Part shown: piece after piece, positions 1 to 6,546 of the stretch
How positions within the stretch are numbered: position 1 is the first letter of the stretch
Layout: every line of letters begins with the position of its first letter
Assembly: GCF_000010065.1 (NCBI RefSeq)
Contig: NC_006576.1
Span: forward strand, 1,110,001 to 1,142,000
Origin: Synechococcus elongatus PCC 6301
GTDB taxonomy: Bacteria; Cyanobacteriota; Cyanobacteriia; Synechococcales; Synechococcaceae
DNA length: 32,000 bases
Direction: 5' to 3'
Program-made: the position numbers and the translations under genes
The notes under the pieces: model-generated
Told to the model about the DNA's origin: nothing
Seen by the model: only the letters and a program-made list of their open reading frames with translations
Database searches by the model: none

Positions 1-467
1 AAGGCTGGACTGGTCAGCCAAGGAATCGGTTGGAATCCTTCGCCAAACACCAACTGCCCGAGTTGGTTGAGTAGACCTGTTTCGGCATAGAGCCACCGCC
101 AAGCAATTCCTGCAACCACGATCGAGACAATGACGGGGGTGTAGTAGGCCAAGCGGAATAGAGTAATGCCGCGTAGTGGGCGATTGACCAAGATTGCTAG
201 GCCCAACGGTAGAAAGACCAGCAGCGGCACGACACCAATGAGATAGATAAACGTATTGCCAAGAGTTTTCCAAAAGACGGCATCGTTAAGCAGCCGCTGA
301 AAATTTTCGAGGCCGACCCACTGGGGCGATCGCGTCAGGTTGTAGTCAAAGCGGGTGAAGCTGAAATAAAAGGCTTGCAGCGCTGGCCAAAACACCGTCA
401 GACCAAGGATTGTCAGCGCCGGTGCCAAGAATAAGTAGGGGGACAGGCGATCGCGCAATGCAGTCAT
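1..467 (-). CDS. Carbohydrate ABC transporter permease (MalF/UgpA type), N-terminal part; the 3' end lies outside the window
   Basis: Absent from the ORF track because it runs off the window edge. Manual minus-strand translation from the ATG (reverse complement of 465-467) gives MTALRDRLSPYLFLAPALTILGLTVFWPALQAFYFSFTRFDYNLTRSPQWVGLENF...RLAYYTPVIVSIVVAGIAWRWLY. This shows a hydrophobic TM1 followed by the N-terminal pattern typical of sugar ABC permeases. Confidence 0.7.
   Translation of the reverse strand, partial: MTALRDRLSPYLFLAPALTILGLTVFWPALQAFYFSFTRFDYNLTRSPQWVGLENFQRLLNDAVFWKTLGNTFIYLIGVVPLLVFLPLGLAILVNRPLRGITLFRLAYYTPVIVSIVVAGIAWRWLYAETGLLNQLGQLVFGEGFQPIPWLTSPA
326..333. repeat. HIP1 (highly iterated palindrome GCGATCGC), one representative copy of a dispersed octamer
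   Basis: GCGATCGC is read directly at 326-333, 447-454 and 595-602, and recurs throughout the window in coding and non-coding DNA. HIP1 over-representation is a known cyanobacterial genome signature. Confidence 0.9.
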
Positions 468-546
468 GGACACCTCTGGCACAGATAACCGAGGGCGAAG
501 GCCCCGAAGGTAAAATACTGGTTTCCCCGCTCGGCGTCAGCTTGCC

Positions 547-1653
547 ATGTCCGTTCAAATCCCTGTTGCTCTGCCGCAAAACGCCTACGAGATTGCGATC
601 GCGAATGGGGGATTGGCCGCAGCAGGGACTTGGTTGCAGCAAGCTGATCTGAAGGCGGGCACGAAACTTCTGATTGTGACCAACCCGGCGATCGGGCGGC
701 GTTACGGCGATCGCCTCGTGGCAGCACTGCAAGAAGCAGGTTTCATCGTCGACTGCCTGACCCTACCGGCTGGCGAACGCTACAAAACGCCAGCAACAGT
801 TCAACGCATCTATGACAAAGCCCTAGAACTGCGGCTGGAGCGCCGTTCGGCCTTGGTCGCCTTGGGTGGCGGCGTGATTGGTGACATGACAGGTTTTGCG
901 GCGGCAACCTGGTTGCGCGGCATTAGCTTTGTGCAGATCCCGACCTCCCTGCTGGCAATGGTTGATGCTTCGATTGGGGGCAAAACCGGCGTCAATCATC
1001 CCCGTGGCAAAAACCTGATCGGGGCGTTTCATCAACCCAAGCTGGTGCTAATTGATCCAGAAACGCTACAAACCCTGCCCGTACGGGAGTTCCGTGCCGG
1101 CATGGCTGAGGTAATTAAGTATGGCGTGATTTGGGATCGGGATTTGTTTGAGCGGTTGGAAGCAAGCCCCTTTCTCGATCGCCCGCGATCGCTACCGGCC
1201 AATCTCCTAACGCTGATCTTAGAGCGCTCCTGTCGCGCCAAAGCAGAGGTGGTTGCCAAGGATGAAAAAGAATCGGGCTTGCGGGCCATCCTCAACTACG
1301 GCCATACGATTGGCCACGCCGTCGAAAGTCTGACAGGCTATCGCATCGTTAACCATGGCGAAGCTGTGGCGATCGGGATGGTTGCGGCGGGACGGCTGGC
1401 TGTGGCGCTAGGACTCTGGAATCAGGATGAATGTGATCGCCAAGAAGCCGTGATTGCTAAAGCGGGCTTACCAACACGCCTACCAGAAGGGATTGATCAA
1501 GCTGCAATCGTCGAGGCTCTACAACTCGACAAAAAAGTGCAGGCAGGCAAGGTACGGTTTATTCTGCCAACGACGCTCGGCCACGTCACGATTACCGATC
1601 AGGTACCGAGCCAAACCCTGCAAGAGGTGCTGCAGGCGATCGCCAACCCCTAA
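547..1653 (+). CDS. aroB: 3-dehydroquinate synthase
   Basis: 368-aa ORF. It carries the nucleotide-binding [14 protein letters not shown] motif, the [20 protein letters not shown] motif and the metal-binding [11 protein letters not shown] motif typical of AroB. Confidence 0.95.
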   Translation: MSVQIPVALPQNAYEIAIANGGLAAAGTWLQQADLKAGTKLLIVTNPAIGRRYGDRLVAALQEAGFIVDCLTLPAGERYKTPATVQRIYDKALELRLERRSALVALGGGVIGDMTGFAAATWLRGISFVQIPTSLLAMVDASIGGKTGVNHPRGKNLIGAFHQPKLVLIDPETLQTLPVREFRAGMAEVIKYGVIWDRDLFERLEASPFLDRPRSLPANLLTLILERSCRAKAEVVAKDEKESGLRAILNYGHTIGHAVESLTGYRIVNHGEAVAIGMVAAGRLAVALGLWNQDECDRQEAVIAKAGLPTRLPEGIDQAAIVEALQLDKKVQAGKVRFILPTTLGHVTITDQVPSQTLQEVLQAIANP

Positions 1654-1676
1654 GACCTACCGTTGGAGATAGGTGA

Positions 1677-2085
1677 ATGTCCGTTGAAGAAGCCAGTAAA
1701 GCGGTTGTCCGCAACTATGTTGAAGCCTTCAATCGGGGTGATCTTGCAGCCCTCAAAAGCACTCCTAGCAGAGGATGCTGAGATCCAGGGCGTTTTGGGA
1801 CAAGGGCTTTTCGATCGAATCGAGCCCGTTTGGCGTCAATTGATCGAGGGCTACGGCATGCAATTGAGCATCCAAGAACTGATTGCGGAAGGCAATGTGG
1901 TTGCCGCTCGATACCTCGAAACAGGAACGTTTCGGAAGCCAGCGTTTGGACAGCAACCGACAGGTCGATCCTATGAGCTGGTGGCGATCGAATGGTTTGA
2001 GATTGAAAACGGCAAAATTAAACGGCGCTGGGGTGTTCGCGACTCTGCTTCACAAGCTCGTCAGTTAGGGCTGTTGACTTCTTGA
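1677..2085 (+). pseudogene. SnoaL-like ester cyclase (NTF2-fold) gene disrupted by an apparent +1 frameshift. The alternative is an N-terminally truncated CDS at 1717-2085.
   Basis: GGAG at 1665-1668 precedes an ATG at 1677. That frame reads MSVEEASKAVVRNYVEAFNRGDLAALKS and stops at 1779-1781. The rest of the family-typical sequence (LLAEDAEIQGV...ELIAEGNVVAARYLETGTF...GKIKRRWGVRDSASQARQLGLL) continues in the frame of track ORF 1663-2085. The frames switch at the A4 run 1755-1758. The total length of 409 nt equals 3n+1. Confidence 0.55.
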
Positions 2086-2176
2086 TTGCGATCGCCGAAA
2101 CAATATCTGGCCCGTTTAAGGCCGATCGGGAGTTTATGTCAGACTGAGGCAGAACAATTGCCCTTAAACACTGGCT

Positions 2177-2566
2177 GTGACCACCGATTTAATTTGCTTG
2201 CTGATTCTGGCCCTGTGGACCCTACCGCTGAACCACATTCCCGCCATTGGACGGGCTAGCAAAGCCGGTCTGGATTGGGCCATGAGCAATCGCGATCGCC
2301 AGCCAGAAGTGCCGGAGTGGGTGGGTCGTGCCGATCGTGCCCAGCGCAATCACCTCGATAATCTGGCGATGATTGCCAGCGTGATTTTGATTGCGCAGAT
2401 CACAGGCAAAGCGGATGGGACAACTGCGATCGCTTCGATTGTGCTGCTGCTAGCCCGCATCGCCCACAGCCTCACTTACCTAGCTGGTTTACCCCTACCG
2501 CGATCGCTCAGCTACTTTGTCTCTATCGCAGCCCTGCTAACCATTGTCTGGCGTCTGTTTGCCTGA
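2177..2566 (+). CDS. MAPEG-family membrane protein
   Basis: 129-aa ORF with a GTG start. It has three to four hydrophobic helices and an RAQRNHLDNL motif resembling the conserved MAPEG (R-x-x-x-N-x-x-E/D) segment. Confidence 0.7.
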   Translation: MTTDLICLLILALWTLPLNHIPAIGRASKAGLDWAMSNRDRQPEVPEWVGRADRAQRNHLDNLAMIASVILIAQITGKADGTTAIASIVLLLARIAHSLTYLAGLPLPRSLSYFVSIAALLTIVWRLFA

Positions 2567-2567
2567 A

Positions 2568-2939
2568 CTAGTAGGCGCAAACCCGAAAATCATCCCCGAC
2601 CCAACAGGCGCGATCGCGACTGGAGCGTTCGGCAATACCCCAGCGGGAATTGATGCCCTCGGGGGTCAGTCCTCGCACTTCGGCAACGCCCGGCGACAAA
2701 ACCGTTACGGTAATCACCGAACGGCCAGCAATCCAATTGGACTGCAGCGAGGTCACCGTAAAGCTGCCATTCTGTCCAAACTGTTTAAAGTCGCAAGCAC
2801 CGTTGAAGGTTGTGCGGCCAGCTTCTTGAATCACACAGCGGGCAGGTGTTGCTGATCCGGGCAGTGCGAAGGCTGTTGCTAGGCCTAAGCCCAAGAGGCC
2901 ACTGGCCATCGATTGCATCAACCAATTTGACTTCTGCAT
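2568..2939 (-). CDS. Small secreted cysteine-containing protein (hypothetical)
   Basis: The start is trimmed to the internal ATG (reverse complement of 2937-2939), which gives MQKSNWLMQSMASGLLGLGLATAFALPGSA as a signal-peptide-like N-terminus. The mature part has four Cys and ends in ...RACWVGDDFRVCAY. Confidence 0.55.
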   Translation of the reverse strand: MQKSNWLMQSMASGLLGLGLATAFALPGSATPARCVIQEAGRTTFNGACDFKQFGQNGSFTVTSLQSNWIAGRSVITVTVLSPGVAEVRGLTPEGINSRWGIAERSSRDRACWVGDDFRVCAY

Positions 2940-3046
2940 CTTGGGTGCTGGATAGAATACCTTTGTTGTATTAGATTGCCCAGAAAGGTTCTGCGATCGC
3001 AAGCAAGACGCATTTCGATGCAATCAATGCTCTCAGCCTGAAAGGG

Positions 3047-3085
3047 TCAATCAAAAACAGATGTCACTGGATAGGCAACATCTGT
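3047..3085 (-). terminator. Candidate rho-independent terminator downstream of the 3120-3329 gene
   Basis: On the minus strand ACAGATGT (3085-3078) pairs with ACATCTGT (3064-3057), giving an 8-bp stem with a 13-nt loop. TTTTGATTGA follows immediately. Confidence 0.45.
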
Positions 3086-3119
3086 CATTACACAAATACT
3101 CAGTTAGAGCCGATCAACT

Positions 3120-3329
3120 TTAACGAGTTCCCAGCTGTAGCGATCCATTACTGCTTTGATAGGCGCACATTTGTTGCTTAGTGACTCGATCAACCCAACA
3201 GCGAACTGGTTTTCCTTTTTGATTAGCTTCCGCAGTTTCTGGCAAGCTCAGCAGAATAGAGCCGGTGCTGAGCAGCGCGATCGCTGTTAGGAGTGCAGCA
3301 GTAAATGAACGGTGTTTAGTGGAAGTCAT
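3120..3329 (-). CDS. Small secreted protein (hypothetical, 69 aa)
   Basis: The N-terminus MTSTKHRSFTAALLTAIALLSTGSILLSLPETAEA looks like a signal peptide. The mature part contains RCWVDRVTKQQMCAY, a motif shared with the neighbouring 2568-2939 protein. Confidence 0.5.
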   Translation of the reverse strand: MTSTKHRSFTAALLTAIALLSTGSILLSLPETAEANQKGKPVRCWVDRVTKQQMCAYQSSNGSLQLGTR

Positions 3330-3407
3330 TGTTCAGAACAGAATCACTGACTTCATTACAATCACTCTTGAGCATCTGACTCCTTGTGATCTTTCAGGGC
3401 TCCTATG

Positions 3408-3423
3408 TGTGAGATTGATCACA
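3408..3423. promoter_or_regulatory. Perfect CRP/FNR-family consensus site TGTGA-N6-TCACA
   Basis: TGTGA (3408-3412), gattga, then TCACA (3419-3423). The palindrome extends to ATGTGTGA/TCACACAT across 3405-3426. It lies about 85 nt upstream of the minus-strand ATG at 3329, with a TGTAAT -10-like hexamer (reverse complement of 3355-3360) in between. Confidence 0.4.
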
Positions 3424-3457
3424 CATTGGCAACACAATTAATTGCAATGAGCGATCG

Positions 3458-4045
3458 CTATTCGATAAAGGCCGAATGATTTGAATGAGTACGGGTCCAA
3501 GCCCAGCGCTCATGTTCAGCCAACTCTGTACCAGGGCGACTCCAGCGGCGATCAGTGTGACTGAGATCAACACTCGTAAAATTCACGTCGTAGATGAAGG
3601 CATGACTGAGATCAGCCTCATGTAGATCCGCTGCTGTAAAGTCTGTGCGATAGAGAATCGCCCGCACTAAATCCGCTTGCTGCAAGCAAGCTTGGCGACA
3701 GTTAGCCTCGGCCAAGATGCTGTCGTTGAGCATCGCCCGTCGCAGATTCGAACCCACCAATTGCGCCCGACAGAGATCCGATCGCAGGAGATCGGCCCCG
3801 AGCAAATTCGCACCGCTACAGTCTGCCTCTCGGAGAATGGCACCCCGCAACCAAGCTCGCCGCAGATCCGCACCAACCAAAATCGCGCCCGTCAGATCTG
3901 CTCTCTCCAGATCGACATTGACGAGATCGACAAAGGAGAGATCCGCTTGGCGAAGATCGGGAATGACTGTTGGATTTTGCGATCGCCAGCGACTCCAGAC
4001 CGCTGTGCCGCGCCGCAGAAATGCCAGATGTTCTGCATTCGCCAT
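3458..4045 (-). CDS. Pentapeptide-repeat protein
   Basis: 195-aa ORF with long runs of A(D/N)LXX pentapeptides (ADLSFVDLVNVDLERADLTGAILVGADLRRAWLRGAILREADCSGANLLGADLLRSDL...). Its ATG lies 5 nt after the ccmP stop. Confidence 0.85.
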   Translation of the reverse strand: MANAEHLAFLRRGTAVWSRWRSQNPTVIPDLRQADLSFVDLVNVDLERADLTGAILVGADLRRAWLRGAILREADCSGANLLGADLLRSDLCRAQLVGSNLRRAMLNDSILAEANCRQACLQQADLVRAILYRTDFTAADLHEADLSHAFIYDVNFTSVDLSHTDRRWSRPGTELAEHERWAWTRTHSNHSAFIE

Positions 4046-4050
4046 GACCG

Positions 4051-4692
4051 CTACTCCCGCGAGCGATCGCCGGGATGCTCACGTCCCGACAGGTTTTCCA
4101 GTGCTGCTACAGCAGCCCGCGAGCCAGCAATGATGTCGCGCTCCTCCCCACCCAAAAAGAGTCGCCCAAAACTGCCAATCGCACTGACTTGCAGGATGTT
4201 GATCAACGCCGCCTTTTCCGCTTCGTTGGCTGCTAGCGCTGCATAAGCCGCCGGTTGCACTTCGAGGACGTAGAGGGTTTCACCAGCCAGCAGCATTTGA
4301 CCACGGCGCTGCCGGTTGATCAGCTGCGCTTGGTGAGCATCAATATTGCGGATGATTTGGCTGGAGACAATTTTGGGTTTGAGGCGATCGCGCTCCGTCA
4401 GTCCCAGAGCAGAGAGAACGGCACGTCCCGCTTCACGGACTTCGCCTTGATTACTGGCGTGGACTTCCATCAAGCCGTAGAGGCGTTCGATGAACTGCAC
4501 TCCAGGCCGCACCACCGCCGCCTTGAGGGCGATGTCCATCATCCGGTTGATTTCAATACCCGGGGAGATTTCAATCCAGACCGAGGCATCCCCTGGCAGG
4601 GTCAAAAAGCCTGTGGCGACTGTACCGATATAGGAGGCGTGTTGCCGTTGCAAATTGTCGAGGTAGACGTAACTGCGCAGCTCAACGCCCAA
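4051..4692 (-). CDS. ccmP: Tandem-BMC-domain carboxysome shell protein CcmP
   Basis: 213-aa ORF reading [45 protein letters not shown]... It has two BMC-like halves and matches my recollection of S. elongatus CcmP. The in-frame start is TTG (reverse complement of 4690-4692), with AAGGA about 9 nt upstream. Confidence 0.85.
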   Translation of the reverse strand: MGVELRSYVYLDNLQRQHASYIGTVATGFLTLPGDASVWIEISPGIEINRMMDIALKAAVVRPGVQFIERLYGLMEVHASNQGEVREAGRAVLSALGLTERDRLKPKIVSSQIIRNIDAHQAQLINRQRRGQMLLAGETLYVLEVQPAAYAALAANEAEKAALINILQVSAIGSFGRLFLGGEERDIIAGSRAAVAALENLSGREHPGDRSRE

Positions 4693-4741
4693 AACAACAT
4701 CCTTGTAAAGCCAAATTTGAGTCTACCGCGCAGACTCAGCC

Positions 4742-5260
4742 TCAATCGAGCAAGGGCGCGATCGCACTGGCAATCGCTGCGCGTTGTTCCGCGTCGTAGC
4801 CCCAGCGATCGAGAAAGTCACTAAACGGGCCTTCAGCCGTTAAACTCTGCTGCAAGTCTTGGATCTGTTGGCGCAAGCTCGGGCTCTGGAGTTGCCGCAG
4901 ATGTTCTGCCGATCGCCGACTGACTCGCTGGGATTGAGCGGCCATTGCTGGGTCGGCATTGCGCTCGTGGGTCAGCCCCATCGCCGTAGACATGGCTAGA
5001 TTACGCACCATCAAGTCTTCGACATAGGTTGGTTGCGATCGCAGGGCAGCAATCAAGGCAGGAGCAGGTTGATCCGCCCAGGGCTCGTCGCTCGTGAGGT
5101 AGGTGACGAAAAAGCCCCGTGCCCCATCTCGGCTGGCCACCAACCGGGCGATCGCTTCAATGACGGCATCTGTCGGCTCCAAGGCTAAAAGCTGCTGAGC
5201 CAAGGCGATCGCAGTACCAAAGTCGGGATGATCAGGGATTGTTGGGACAGAGTCTGTCAT
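4742..5260 (-). CDS. Hypothetical protein
   Basis: Coding-like ORF on the same strand, 49 nt upstream of ccmP. The start is taken at MTDSVPTIPDHPDF (reverse complement of 5258-5260); the track ORF extends 7 codons further. I recognise no motif. Confidence 0.6.
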   Translation of the reverse strand: MTDSVPTIPDHPDFGTAIALAQQLLALEPTDAVIEAIARLVASRDGARGFFVTYLTSDEPWADQPAPALIAALRSQPTYVEDLMVRNLAMSTAMGLTHERNADPAMAAQSQRVSRRSAEHLRQLQSPSLRQQIQDLQQSLTAEGPFSDFLDRWGYDAEQRAAIASAIAPLLD

Positions 5261-5323
5261 CGGTGGCAAACAGCAGGGCACTGACGTTGATCTTAGAAGG
5301 CTGACTCAGACCCTCGCCGCGCA

Positions 5324-6487
5324 CTAGAAGGTTTCCTCTTCCGCGATCGCGGGGGGTGCAGATTCGGGATGGGGACCAATCCACTCGGGATGTTTGAAGT
5401 AGTGCAGGTGCTGCCAGCGATCGAGCACATCGTGGATTAAAACCTGCTCAAAGAAGACCTTGGCCACCACAGCGAGCGGCAAGGCCAAAATCAGACCTGC
5501 TAGGCCAAAAATACTGGCAAAAACAATCTGAGCAATCAGGGTCAAGGCCGGCAGCAGCGAGACTTGACGCGCCATAATCGTCGGCGTTAGCCAGTAGCTT
5601 TCAAGTTGCTGAATAATGATGTAAATGACCAGCACCACCCAAGCTTTCCAAGGTTCATCTAATAACACGATAGAAATTGGAAAAACAGCACTAAGTGTGG
5701 GTCCGAGGTTAGGAATTAAGTTGAGGAATCCCGCAATAATCGCATTCACCAGTGCGAGCTTGACACCGAGGATCACCAATCCTAGCCAGCTGAGAATAGC
5801 GATCGCACTGGAGCTGATTAAAATACCGAGAAACCAGTCGCTGAGGGAGATCTCGCAGGCACTGAGAACTTCATCAGCGCGGCGTCGATAGAAGGAAGGC
5901 AGTAGGCGTAGAAAAGTCTGACGATAGGCTTGGGGATTGCTGAGCATCATCAGCATCAACACGATGACTAAGAGCAGCTGAGCAGCGGCAGCCAAGGTGT
6001 TGTTAAAGATGGAAAGAAAATTGCGAGCTAACGGCCCGAGTTGCTGGGAGAACGAGCTCCAATTGCGGCGATCGCCAAAACCCTGAATCAGGTCCCGAAT
6101 GGTCGAGTCGACAAAGCTGCGGGCACTGCGATCGTCACTGAAACCGGGCAAAATCTTGACGACATCCACGAGCCGCTCTTCCACCCAAGTCAGCAACTTG
6201 GCAAAGCCTTGGGGTGCCAAGCGCAGCAACTCTTGAAACTGCACTAGCAACGGCGGCAGCAGCAGAGCAATAAGCAAACCGCCGCCGATCGTGATGCCCA
6301 AGAGCGTCACCGCCAGGGAGGTCCGCCGCGACCACCGCAAACGCTGCTGCAGCTGTCGCGCCAAATGGTTAATGATCACCGCCAAGACCACGGCGGCAAA
6401 CAGCAACAACATCACCTGCCGCAACTGCCAGAGAATGTAGGCGGCTGCTAGGATGCCGGTGAAACCAAGCCACTGCCCGAGGCGCAT
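5324..6487 (-). CDS. AI-2E family transporter (PerM/UPF0118-like permease)
   Basis: 387-aa polytopic membrane protein. The overall helix layout and the C-terminal ...IPNLGPTLS...GLAGLILALPLAVV region are typical of the AI-2E family. Confidence 0.8.
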   Translation of the reverse strand: MRLGQWLGFTGILAAAYILWQLRQVMLLLFAAVVLAVIINHLARQLQQRLRWSRRTSLAVTLLGITIGGGLLIALLLPPLLVQFQELLRLAPQGFAKLLTWVEERLVDVVKILPGFSDDRSARSFVDSTIRDLIQGFGDRRNWSSFSQQLGPLARNFLSIFNNTLAAAAQLLLVIVLMLMMLSNPQAYRQTFLRLLPSFYRRRADEVLSACEISLSDWFLGILISSSAIAILSWLGLVILGVKLALVNAIIAGFLNLIPNLGPTLSAVFPISIVLLDEPWKAWVVLVIYIIIQQLESYWLTPTIMARQVSLLPALTLIAQIVFASIFGLAGLILALPLAVVAKVFFEQVLIHDVLDRWQHLHYFKHPEWIGPHPESAPPAIAEEETF

Positions 6488-6546
6488 GGTCGAGAATCCT
6501 TTCCGTTGACCTCACTCAGTATGCGGCACTGTTTTGGAGGACTCAC

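Noticed and set aside
553-566. GTTCAAATCC, a tRNA T-loop-like string
   Set aside because: It sits in codons 3-6 of aroB (S-V-Q-I-P) and lacks complementary stem sequence on either side.
1755-1765. Programmed +1 ribosomal frameshifting as the explanation for the split SnoaL-like gene
   Set aside because: There is no recognisable +1 shift context: no in-frame stop or rare codon at the shift site, and no upstream SD-like stimulator at the correct spacing. A single extra A in an A4 homopolymer is the simpler explanation. This remains untested.
3458-4045. Internal tandem periodicity in this gene as a possible DNA-level repeat element
   Set aside because: The periodicity is the 15-nt/5-codon pentapeptide-repeat protein architecture (A(D/N)LXX). 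The DNA copies are degenerate, so this is a protein-level repeat and not a mobile or satellite repeat.
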